NCBI GenBank assembly: GCA_001788925.1
Contig: MFXS01000004.1
Location: 50,464 to 114,463, forward strand
Source of the DNA: Candidatus Peribacteria bacterium RIFCSPHIGHO2_01_FULL_55_13
GTDB taxonomy: Bacteria; Patescibacteriota; Gracilibacteria; Peribacterales; Peribacteraceae
Direction of reading: 5' to 3'
Length of the DNA: 64,000 bases
Part shown: piece after piece, positions 46,165 to 54,749 of the stretch
Position numbering within the stretch: the first letter of the stretch is position 1
How the letters are laid out: every line of letters starts with the position of its first letter
Made by a program: the position numbers and the translations under genes
Notes under the pieces: generated by a model
Database searches by the model: none
What the model saw: the letters and a program-made list of their open reading frames with translations, nothing else
What the model was told of the DNA's origin: nothing

Positions 46165-46773
46165 ATGGTTGCGCCCAAGGCACTGACGAGCGACGAGGTA
46201 CGGCAGCTGGTAATGGAGGCCCAGAGCGGGGACACGGGGGCGTTTAGCAAGCTCTACGATTTTTATTTTCCACAGGTATTCCGCTACTGCGCATTTCGAG
46301 CTCCTGCGGAAGTCGCCGAGGATCTTGTGGCGGAAGTTTTTGTGAAAGCGTGGGAGAAACTGCACACCTACAAAGTGCAGAAGGACATTCCCTTCGGTGC
46401 ATGGCTCTTTCGTGTGGCGCGCTACACGGTGATCGACGCCTATCGCACCAGCCGCACGTGGGAAGATCTCGATGAGACACTCGAAGATCCCGATACGCTC
46501 AACTCCGCAGACGGGATGCTCCGCCAGAAAGAGGTGGTCCGTGTGGTGCGTAAAGCGCTGAACGCATTGCCGCGCCGGTACCGTGATGTGCTGGTGCTCC
46601 ACTACATTGCGGGCCTTCCCAGCGACGAGGTGGCACGCGTTTTACGGCTGAGCCAGGGGGCTTCCCGCATCCTCAAGTTCCGGGCGCTCAAAAAGCTTGA
46701 ACAAGAATTGCCGTCAGAATACCGGGAAGGGCGTAACAAGGCTGCTTTGGCATCGTTTTCACCATTGCAATGA
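46165..46773 (+). CDS. ECF-type RNA polymerase sigma-70 factor
   Basis: Region 2 (FSKLYDFYFPQVFRYCAFR) and region 4 (LPRRYRDVLVLHYIAGLPSDEVARVL). Confidence 0.88.
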   Translation: MVAPKALTSDEVRQLVMEAQSGDTGAFSKLYDFYFPQVFRYCAFRAPAEVAEDLVAEVFVKAWEKLHTYKVQKDIPFGAWLFRVARYTVIDAYRTSRTWEDLDETLEDPDTLNSADGMLRQKEVVRVVRKALNALPRRYRDVLVLHYIAGLPSDEVARVLRLSQGASRILKFRALKKLEQELPSEYREGRNKAALASFSPLQ

Positions 46774-48680
46774 GGCTTGAACAGCGTCTCCAGAGGCTTT
46801 CCCAAGACATCACACCTTCTGGGGCTATCAAAAGTCGCATATTCGATCGTATTGAGCAGAGAATCGGCGCTCCGGAGGTGCTCCGAATGGCGGCCAAAGA
46901 GATGACGCCGAGGGCTGCCGTCCGTGACCGCGTGTGGGACAAGGTAGCGCAGGTTGTCACACAGTCTCCCGTTGCCTTCCTCGATCGCGTCCGTGGCGCG
47001 CTGCTTCCTCCCGTCGAACTTTCCAAAGATCTCTGGCAGTCCTTCATCCTGCCGCGGCTCCAGCCGCAGCAGGTTGCCGCCCGTTCCTATCGTGGTATTG
47101 CGTGGGTCACGGCCGTGGCGATTCTTATCGTGACCGTTCGCGTCAGTCCGAGCCTCTTCTTCGCCGCTCCCACCGCCGCCGAGTCGGCTGTGACGCTTCT
47201 GCCTACGCGTGGAGCAGTCACGGTGAAGATCGCGGGAGTCATACAGGAAGTCGATCAGGAAGTGGCCCTTGTGCCGGGGATGCAGATCCGCACGGGCGAC
47301 AGCGAGGCGAGCATCCTTCTGCGCGATGACGGCGTGATTCGCATGGACCGCAACACCGTCGTCACGCTCCACGATCTCACGGAGCGCCTAGAACCGGCGC
47401 CTGAGATTCTGCCCACGCTCACGCTCGAACAGGGACGCATCTGGGTGCAGGGGCTCGTGCCGGCCACACTTAGGGGCATCACACTCGCTACTGCCGAAGG
47501 CCATATTACGGTGAATGAAGGCAGCGTCTCGCTTGCCCGGGAAGATCTCCTGACGGTCGAAGTCTATAACCGCACCGCCACGCTCCTGCGCGAGGACCGT
47601 GAAACGCGGCTCATCACGGGAGACCGCATCCAGCTCTGGGCTGGAAGCGTCCCGCTCATCCGTCATATCCCGCTCTCCGCCTATGATGACAGCTGGGTAA
47701 GCCAGAACATCGGCCGCGACGCCGTGCATCGCAAGGATATCGCCCAGCAGCAGCAGGATCGCAAAGTGGCGCGCGCAGGCATCCTCCCGACATCCAAACT
47801 CTACGCCGTGAAGCGTGCCGCGGAAGCCGTGGACGTGATGCTCACCTTCGACGGTCGCACGCGCGTCGAGAAGCAGATCGCCTACGCAGGCGTCCGTCTC
47901 GACGAGGCGGCCGCTCTCATTGAAGAGGGGGCGGTGGAAGCCGTGGAGGCACCGTTGCAGGAATACCGCAGGGCGCTTGTTGCCCTTGCGGGAGAGTCCA
48001 CTGACGGGACCGAAGCACAGTTCCTTCTGCAGCAGGCTGTGTCCGAGGATTCCGCCGAGATCGCGGCGGCTTCCGTGGGCGACAACAACTATCTTCTGAA
48101 AAAGACCGTGCTCGAGGCCTACTCTGAGCTTCCGGGACAGGACGGGGAAATCATCGAAGCGGCGCTCCTTGTGGACGGGCTCTCCACGCTCGCAGAGGCC
48201 GCAGAAGCGGGAGACCAGATGCAGGTTACCGGCGCCTGGGATGCACTGGAGCCGTATCTGAAAGCCATCGAAGAGAATCCTGAACTTGCCGAAGCGGTAG
48301 AAGCAAAGGCCCTTTTGAAGCGTTTCGCGCTGGCCGTCCAGGACACGGAGGGCTTTGATCCGGATCTGATCGCCGCGTCGGAGGAATTCCTGCCTGAGGA
48401 GCCGGTGACGGTAGTGGCCCACCTCACGGACGAACAGGTGCTCGCGATCGCCTCGAATATCAAGGAACGTATTTTCACGCAGTACCGCATGCCCCAGTCC
48501 CGCAGCAACGTACTTCTCGCCGAACTGCGGAAACTGAAAGGCAATGCGGATGAAGGCCGCATCCTGCGCGCGCTCTATCACGCAATGCCGGAAGATACCG
48601 AGCTCCGCGTACCCGTGCGCCGCTCCATCACGCAGCTGAAGTGGTCGGTGGTGGCGGGGGAAGAAGGGGATTCACTGTAG
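46770..48680 (+). CDS. anti-sigma-like membrane protein (FecR-like plus DUF5667-like helical domain)
   Basis: ATGA overlap with the sigma gene; TM helix; FecR-like IRTGDSEASILLRDDGVIRMDRNTVVTL; long helical C-terminus. Confidence 0.6.
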   Translation: MRLEQRLQRLSQDITPSGAIKSRIFDRIEQRIGAPEVLRMAAKEMTPRAAVRDRVWDKVAQVVTQSPVAFLDRVRGALLPPVELSKDLWQSFILPRLQPQQVAARSYRGIAWVTAVAILIVTVRVSPSLFFAAPTAAESAVTLLPTRGAVTVKIAGVIQEVDQEVALVPGMQIRTGDSEASILLRDDGVIRMDRNTVVTLHDLTERLEPAPEILPTLTLEQGRIWVQGLVPATLRGITLATAEGHITVNEGSVSLAREDLLTVEVYNRTATLLREDRETRLITGDRIQLWAGSVPLIRHIPLSAYDDSWVSQNIGRDAVHRKDIAQQQQDRKVARAGILPTSKLYAVKRAAEAVDVMLTFDGRTRVEKQIAYAGVRLDEAAALIEEGAVEAVEAPLQEYRRALVALAGESTDGTEAQFLLQQAVSEDSAEIAAASVGDNNYLLKKTVLEAYSELPGQDGEIIEAALLVDGLSTLAEAAEAGDQMQVTGAWDALEPYLKAIEENPELAEAVEAKALLKRFALAVQDTEGFDPDLIAASEEFLPEEPVTVVAHLTDEQVLAIASNIKERIFTQYRMPQSRSNVLLAELRKLKGNADEGRILRALYHAMPEDTELRVPVRRSITQLKWSVVAGEEGDSL

Positions 48681-48686
48681 GAAAAG

Positions 48687-48770
48687 CACCAAATCCCAAT
48701 GACCAAACAGTGACAAGAAAAAAATAACCAGGCAATATTTTGGTGATTGCCTGGTCATTGGTACTTGGTT
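48687..48770. repeat. nested inverted repeat (CCAAATC/CCAATGA units plus AACCAGGCAAT hairpin)
   Basis: Fills the gap between convergent stops 48680 and 48773. Confidence 0.75.
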
Positions 48771-48772
48771 AT

Positions 48773-49615
48773 TTACCGAATCCTGTACGCATTACTGCAA
48801 TGCGTTGCATCATTGTCTGTACACAAATAGATCCACTGTGTGGGGCCCAGCAGCGGCTGCATGCCCCGGATATTCACCCGCGCTGTGCCGTGATCAACGG
48901 CGTCGCAGGTAAAGGGCTCATCATCATAGGAAACTTTCTGCGTCTCTCCGGCGCCGTTCCAACGGACGATCTCTGTGCATCCTTCTCCCTTGGAATATGT
49001 GACGGAGAGATAGGCATTGCGTGCGATGGTGGCGGAATGGATGGTGATAGCTTCCTGCGCGGCTCCATGCGTACCGCCTCCGGATGTCACTGCGATTGGC
49101 TGGCTGCAGTACTGACGGGCGTTCGTGCAGACCTGCACGAGCTGGCCTTCAGTCACCGCCGGCTGGATTCCCTCGAGTCGCAGGTGCGCGGAGAGTTCTC
49201 TTGCATTCAGGGAGCATGGCACGCCGCCGATGACATTGAGGCGCTGGAATTCCTGGTTTGCGGCTCCCGTCATCCAGAGGGAGACACATTCGGCTTCCGG
49301 GAGAGCGTAGGCGACATCCAAATGATCCATTGTCAGCTGTGCGCTTCGAAGTGTGATCGCATCTACACCCCCCGTTGATTCTCTCTGTTCCCTCACGGCC
49401 GGCACTGCCGTGCGGATGCTTTCGCGCAAGGCACGCCAGTCATTGCGTGCGCGGCGAACGACTGCCCGAGGGGCCATGCGGTACGTACCGCCGTTTTCGG
49501 AAACGGCTCCGCTCAGGCTCGATGTGGAAACACTCGCGGCGTAGACACTGAGGGCCGCGAGAAGTACGCCGCTTCCAAGAACAAGGCGTGAAGCTTTCTT
49601 TTTGAGAAGACTCAT
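48773..49615 (-). CDS. secreted hypothetical protein
   Basis: Signal peptide MSLLKKKASRLVLGSGVLLAALSVYA; Cys-containing beta-rich composition. Confidence 0.55.
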   Translation of the reverse strand: MSLLKKKASRLVLGSGVLLAALSVYAASVSTSSLSGAVSENGGTYRMAPRAVVRRARNDWRALRESIRTAVPAVREQRESTGGVDAITLRSAQLTMDHLDVAYALPEAECVSLWMTGAANQEFQRLNVIGGVPCSLNARELSAHLRLEGIQPAVTEGQLVQVCTNARQYCSQPIAVTSGGGTHGAAQEAITIHSATIARNAYLSVTYSKGEGCTEIVRWNGAGETQKVSYDDEPFTCDAVDHGTARVNIRGMQPLLGPTQWIYLCTDNDATHCSNAYRIR

Positions 49616-49712
49616 AAAGGAATGTGGGTATGTATTATCATTATATAATAAATGTAAAGATTTTGCAACAACGGTTGACGCTCTGCAGCTGACACTTCAA
49701 ACTGCCGCAACT

Positions 49713-50279
49713 ATGGGACTTTTGACGATTACCGAGCTAAAACCGGGCAGAGCGGTCGTTCTCGACGGCGAACCGTATATCGTCGTGGCTTCGCAGTTCG
49801 GCCGCAAAAGCCAGTCCAAGGCGAATATGCAGTGCAAACTGCGGAATCTGAAAACAGGGGGAGTGATTGCCCGCAACTTCCAGGGCAGCGAAACCGTGGA
49901 GCCTGCGGATGTCGGATACCGCCGCGTGCAGTACCTCTATAAGGATGACGTCGGATACGGCTTCATGGATCTTAATGATTACAACCAGTTCTCGCTTTCC
50001 GAAGAGATCATCGGCGACGCGGGGAAGTATCTCGTGGAAGGAGGGGAGGTGGACGCGCTGATGTTCGATGACAAGCCGATCGCCATCGAGCTCAAGTCCA
50101 CCGTCGAACTGAAAGTTGTGGAGACTTCGGCGGGTGTTCGCGGCGACACGGCCACAGGCGGCAATAAGCCCGCGATTCTCGAAAGCGGATTACAAGTCAA
50201 CGTGCCGCTGTTTATCAATGAAGGAGACAAGATCAAAGTGAATACGGAGACGGGGGCGTATATGTCGAGAGCGGATTAA
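49713..50279 (+). CDS. efp: elongation factor P
   Basis: ELKPGRAVVLDGEPYIVV...KLRNLKTGGV...VETSAGVRGDTATGGNKPA. Confidence 0.92.
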   Translation: MGLLTITELKPGRAVVLDGEPYIVVASQFGRKSQSKANMQCKLRNLKTGGVIARNFQGSETVEPADVGYRRVQYLYKDDVGYGFMDLNDYNQFSLSEEIIGDAGKYLVEGGEVDALMFDDKPIAIELKSTVELKVVETSAGVRGDTATGGNKPAILESGLQVNVPLFINEGDKIKVNTETGAYMSRAD

Positions 50280-50578
50280 TTTTTGTTATACCATCGAATA
50301 ATGGCTGCAGCGCGTTTTTGGTGTTCCCCCAAAAAATGAGCAAGGTCTTTCACCAACTCCCCTTGAATTCCGGGGCAGCAGACTCGCTCAGCTTGGAAGC
50401 GGGCCTCCGCCATGCTTGCGTACGTATTTTCCTGAAGCGTTACCGCCTTCTGAAGAATTTGCGGTGCGAATGCCTGGCGTAACACTTCCGCCCGCGTTCG
50501 CATGCTTGTTTGCTGGCTCCTGAGCAGAGCATCGTTCGTAGCAAGGAGGTCCGCTTTGTATTCCGCGTTCTTTACCAT
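50276..50578 (-). CDS. hypothetical protein downstream of gatB
   Basis: 100-aa ORF starting 4 nt after the gatB stop. Confidence 0.45.
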   Translation of the reverse strand: MVKNAEYKADLLATNDALLRSQQTSMRTRAEVLRQAFAPQILQKAVTLQENTYASMAEARFQAERVCCPGIQGELVKDLAHFLGEHQKRAAAIIRWYNKN

Positions 50579-50581
50579 GGT

Positions 50582-52027
50582 TCAGGAGAGTAGTTTTTTC
50601 AGAATCGCATTCACTTTCCCCGGATTTGCCTGTCCTTTGCTCTCTTTCATCACCCAACCCACAATCGTACCAAGGGCCGCTTCTTTGCCTGCTTTCCACG
50701 ATTCAATCGCTTTGGGATTTGCAGCAATCGCCTTCTTCACCAGCTCTTCAATTGCGGAATCATCGCTGATCTGCTGCATGCCCTCCGCAGCGATAATTTC
50801 CTGCGCAGATTTTCCCGTGGCGACCATTTTTTCCATGACGTCTTTGCCGGCATTTCCGGAGATCGTTCCTGTTTCGATGGCCTCCACCAGTTCTAGCATT
50901 GCTTTCGCCGACGGACCTTCGGCTACGGTTTTATTGGCGGCATTTAAAAATCCCAGGAGTTGTGTGAGGACAAGGCTCACGGCGCGTTTGCCGTCGCCTG
51001 TTTTTTCGTAGACGGCATCGAAGATCATGCGCAGTGCGGCGTCATCGATCACCTGCATAGACTGCTTACTATCCAGACCGAGCTTGAGATACCGATCCCG
51101 TAGTGCTTTGGGCAGCTCGGGCAGTTTCTTTTTGATGGCATTGAGTTCTTTTGCATCAAATTCCAGCGGAGGAATATCCGGCTCCGGGAAATAGCGGTAG
51201 TCATCCGCGGTTTCTTTGTCGCGGAGCATACGCGTCTTTTCCTCATCATCCTGCCATCCAACGGTGATCGCGCCTTTCATGGGGCCGCCCTCTTCCTCCC
51301 AGAGTTTTCGGAGCCGTTTCTCTTCATATTGCAGCGCTTTTTCCAGCGACTTAAACGAGTTTAAGTTCTTGATCTCACTACGCACATTCAGCTTTTCGGT
51401 TCCTTTTTCTCGGAGCGAAATCGACGCGTCGAAACGCATCATGCCTTTGAACATGTCCGCTTCGGAGGCATCCACGGCGATCAAAATCCTGCGGAGCTCC
51501 TGCACAAAGGCCACGGCCTCGTCGGCTGAGCGTAAATCCGGCTCCGTGACGATTTCCATGAGCGGCGTTCCGGCGCGGTTGTAATCGCAGAGCGTCTTCT
51601 TCCCTCGGTGGGTCAATTTTCCCGCATCGTTCTCCATGTGCAACCGTGTGATGCGGCAGACTTTTTCTTCAGTCACCTTGCCGCTGCTGTCTCGGAGTTC
51701 GTAATCGACTTTTCCAGCCTTCGAAAGCGGAAAATCGTACTGCGAAATCTGATACCCAGCAGGGAGATCGGGATAGAAATAGTGTTTGCGGTCGAAGTGG
51801 CAATTGGGAGCTACGGTGCAGCCGATGGCCAAAGATGCTTTTACGGCTTTCGCAACCGCCTCAGCATTCGGCACGGGCAAGGTTCCCGGGTGACCCATGC
51901 AGACGGGGCAGACGGTGGTGTTGGGTGCCTTATTCCAGGCGTCATTATCGCATCCGCAGAACATCTTCGTTTTGGTGCTCATTTGGGCATGGATTTCGAG
52001 GCCGATAATGGCTTCCAGCTCTGGCAT
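50582..52027 (-). CDS. gatB: Asp-tRNA(Asn)/Glu-tRNA(Gln) amidotransferase subunit B
   Basis: EAIIGLEIHAQMSTKTKMFCGC and full-length match to the GatB architecture. Confidence 0.95.
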   Translation of the reverse strand: MPELEAIIGLEIHAQMSTKTKMFCGCDNDAWNKAPNTTVCPVCMGHPGTLPVPNAEAVAKAVKASLAIGCTVAPNCHFDRKHYFYPDLPAGYQISQYDFPLSKAGKVDYELRDSSGKVTEEKVCRITRLHMENDAGKLTHRGKKTLCDYNRAGTPLMEIVTEPDLRSADEAVAFVQELRRILIAVDASEADMFKGMMRFDASISLREKGTEKLNVRSEIKNLNSFKSLEKALQYEEKRLRKLWEEEGGPMKGAITVGWQDDEEKTRMLRDKETADDYRYFPEPDIPPLEFDAKELNAIKKKLPELPKALRDRYLKLGLDSKQSMQVIDDAALRMIFDAVYEKTGDGKRAVSLVLTQLLGFLNAANKTVAEGPSAKAMLELVEAIETGTISGNAGKDVMEKMVATGKSAQEIIAAEGMQQISDDSAIEELVKKAIAANPKAIESWKAGKEAALGTIVGWVMKESKGQANPGKVNAILKKLLS

Positions 52028-52038
52028 ACGGATCAGTT

Positions 52039-52488
52039 TTACCCGATAGCCTGATAATCAACAATCAATACTCCTTCGAGATGGTCTACTTCATGCTGAA
52101 CAACCCGTGCATCAAAATGCTTCAATTTCCGTTCCTGGGCCTTACCCTTCGCATCAATGTACTTGAGCGTTATCTCCACCGATCGCGGAACATCGACGGC
52201 GATTCCTGGAAGGCTCAGGCACCCCTCTTCCGCTGATTCCTTCTCTTCACTTTTCTTCGTGATTTTTGGATTGATCAAGGGAATCATCTTTCCGGAGATC
52301 AATGCGAGGCAGACGCGTTCCGTGCGGGCCACCTGCGGCGCCGCGATTCCCGCACCATCGGCGTCTTTTACCGTTTCCTGGAGGTCCTTGATCAGCTTCA
52401 GAAGCTCTTTGGTCACCTTCGGCACGCTCTTCGTCTTTTTGCGAAGGAGCGGGTGGTCTGCGCCGATGATGATGGGAAGTACGGACAA
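52039..52488 (-). CDS. def: peptide deformylase
   Basis: GAGIAAPQV, EGCLSLPG and QHEVDHLEG motifs; the TTG start lies at the edge of the repeat hairpin. Confidence 0.92.
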   Translation of the reverse strand: MSVLPIIIGADHPLLRKKTKSVPKVTKELLKLIKDLQETVKDADGAGIAAPQVARTERVCLALISGKMIPLINPKITKKSEEKESAEEGCLSLPGIAVDVPRSVEITLKYIDAKGKAQERKLKHFDARVVQHEVDHLEGVLIVDYQAIG

Positions 52489-52557
52489 TTCGGAATGAGG
52501 AATGCGGAATGCGGAATTGCTGCAACATCATAATTCCGAATTCCGAATTCCGCATTC
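52488..52557. repeat. 7-nt-periodic repeat module, inverted pair (GGAATGA/GGAATGC / GAATTCC units)
   Basis: Exactly fills the gap between the dnaQ-like stop (52558) and the def start (52488). Confidence 0.9.
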
Positions 52558-53142
52558 TTAATTTCTTGCCAATTGCTTCACTGCCGCCCGCTTCCGCAAT
52601 TCGTCCAGCGACCGGATATTGCCCTTTTCCATCATCTTCAAGAATGCCTGTGCCGTGAGGAGCACATCAGGAAGTGCGCGGTGGCGGTCTGTGGGGAGAA
52701 CAAGGCCGCAGCGCAGCGCCAGGACATCAAGGTTGTGGCGGAACTCCTGGGGGAAAATCGACCGGCTGAGGACCAGACTGCAGAGGCATTCGGGGAGATC
52801 GACGTAGCCCCAACAGAAGTCCTTTTCCACCTGCAAAAATCCCATGTCGAAGTTGGCGTTGTGGGCGAGAAGGGTCGATCCTTCGGCGAAGGTCAGAAAC
52901 TGCGGTAGTACCTGGTCGATGGTCGGAGCATTGGCCACCATCGTGTCATCAATCTTGTTCACCTGTTTGGCTTCCCACGGGATCAATCGCTCGGGATTTA
53001 CATACGTCTGAAAGGCCGTTTCTCCCTGAATAACTCCGCCTTCAATGCGAACGGCGGCGATCTCGATGATCCGGTGACCGCGCTTCGGATCGAGACCGGT
53101 CGTCTCGACGTCGAACACGGTGAAAGGAGGGAGGAAAGACAT
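52558..53142 (-). CDS. DnaQ-like 3'-5' exonuclease
   Basis: FDVETTGLDP (Exo I), AHNANFDMGFL (Exo II) and HRALPDV (Exo III) motifs. Confidence 0.85.
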   Translation of the reverse strand: MSFLPPFTVFDVETTGLDPKRGHRIIEIAAVRIEGGVIQGETAFQTYVNPERLIPWEAKQVNKIDDTMVANAPTIDQVLPQFLTFAEGSTLLAHNANFDMGFLQVEKDFCWGYVDLPECLCSLVLSRSIFPQEFRHNLDVLALRCGLVLPTDRHRALPDVLLTAQAFLKMMEKGNIRSLDELRKRAAVKQLARN

Positions 53143-53213
53143 GCGGGGAGTGAACTGTAAGTGAAAATACGTCCGGTCGGAATTGTGAACATGCTATATT
53201 GTTCTCTAGTTTC

Positions 53214-53891
53214 ATGACACGACTCTCTTTGCGCATTGTGCTCGATACGCTGCGGAAAAGTCACACTCCTCCGAAGACGTTTTTGCAGTTCCGCACGCCC
53301 CTCGATCTCCTCGTCGCCACCATTCTTTCGGCGCAATGCACCGATGTGCGCGTGAATAAAGTAACGAAGGAAATTTTGTATCCGAAGTATAAAACACCGT
53401 CCGATTATTTGAAGGTTTCACGCACCGAACTCGAGCGCGACGTCCATTCCTGCGGCACATACCGGAACAAAGCGAAATACATTCAGCTCATGTGCGGCAT
53501 GCTCATCGATCAGTATCAGGGAGAAGTCCCTCATACGATGGAAGAGCTGACCGCGCTTCCGGGCGTGGGCCGAAAGACGGCATCGGTCATTCTTTCCGCG
53601 GCATTCGGCATTCATGAAGGAATCGCCGTGGATACACATGTGTTCCGCGTCGCTCGTCGTTTCGGATTGAGCAGAGGGAATACTCCTGAGAAGGTAGAGC
53701 AGGATCTGATGCAGGGCGCGCCCAAAAAAGAATGGGGCAAGGTAACGACGCTCCTCATCAGCCACGGCAGAAGCGTCTGCACAGCCCGTAACCGCGCGTG
53801 TGATCAGTGCCCGTTCCAAAACAATTGCCCTTCCTCATGGGTTCAGGGGAGGAAAGACCTGGGAAAACTTGCAAAGAGATCGCGTTCATAA
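53214..53891 (+). CDS. nth: endonuclease III
   Basis: HhH-GPD LPGVGRKTASVIL and C-terminal C-x6-C-x2-C-x5-C cluster. Confidence 0.92.
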   Translation: MTRLSLRIVLDTLRKSHTPPKTFLQFRTPLDLLVATILSAQCTDVRVNKVTKEILYPKYKTPSDYLKVSRTELERDVHSCGTYRNKAKYIQLMCGMLIDQYQGEVPHTMEELTALPGVGRKTASVILSAAFGIHEGIAVDTHVFRVARRFGLSRGNTPEKVEQDLMQGAPKKEWGKVTTLLISHGRSVCTARNRACDQCPFQNNCPSSWVQGRKDLGKLAKRSRS

Positions 53892-53951
53892 ACTGTTTTC
53901 CAGGGAACATTTCTGCGCTACAATGGGCCCCTCCTCCTTTTTCTTCTTTTT

Positions 53952-54668
53952 ATGCAGATCCGCCGCTCTCTTCTGGTTCTTTCCTTGGTCGTTCTTGCAG
54001 CCTGTCTCCCCGCGAAGAACGCCGCAAATCCTAATGGAAGCGCGATGTCGCAGGGTGCCGCCGCACGTTCCGTACAGCCTTTGACGGAAGACGGCGTCAC
54101 GATGAAAGGTGGAATGATGCTCACGATCAAAGACGGACAGATGTCGCGGATGCAAGAGGATCTGGAGTATGACGACGGCACGACGGTGAAAACCGACGGC
54201 ACGGTAATACTTTCGGACGGTACCACGCTGGTCCTCCCCGAAGGCATGATGATCACGGTGGATGGCCGCCTCCAGATGCGCGAGGAGTTTGCGGTGCAGG
54301 GAAATCCTGTGATTACGGTTCCTCCGACATCGTCAGGCACGGCATCCACCGGCACACAGGCTGCCGCAGAGGCGACATATCAGGATTACACAGCCGATGT
54401 CCTCATGAACGGCGAAACAAAGGTGCTCTTCTTCCATGCCTCCTGGTGTCCAGAATGCAAGAAGGCAAATGCGTATCTGCAATCCATTCTGCCGTCCGGG
54501 GAGTATTCCCGGTCGGTTTACAAAGTGGACTACGACACCGCCAAGGAGCTCAAGGCGAAGTACAATGTGGTGTACCAGCACACGTTTGTGGTGGTGGATG
54601 GAAACGGCGTGAAGCTTTCCTCGGTGCAGGGCCCCACGGAGGTTCAGCTTGAGGCGTTGCTGAAGTAA
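53952..54668 (+). CDS. thioredoxin-domain lipoprotein
   Basis: Lipobox VLAAC; WCPEC active site. Confidence 0.7.
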   Translation: MQIRRSLLVLSLVVLAACLPAKNAANPNGSAMSQGAAARSVQPLTEDGVTMKGGMMLTIKDGQMSRMQEDLEYDDGTTVKTDGTVILSDGTTLVLPEGMMITVDGRLQMREEFAVQGNPVITVPPTSSGTASTGTQAAAEATYQDYTADVLMNGETKVLFFHASWCPECKKANAYLQSILPSGEYSRSVYKVDYDTAKELKAKYNVVYQHTFVVVDGNGVKLSSVQGPTEVQLEALLK

Positions 54669-54736
54669 GAAAAGGCAGAAAGGGTAGGAAAGGCAAAACA
54701 TGTTTTGCCTTTCCTGCCATTTCCCCCATTCCTGCC
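54669..54736. repeat. 7-nt-periodic repeat module, imperfect inverted pair (AAAGGCA/GAAAGGG units)
   Basis: Centre GGCAAAACA/TGTTTTGCC; between two plus-strand genes. Confidence 0.7.
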
Positions 54737-54749
54737 CTATCATCCATGC

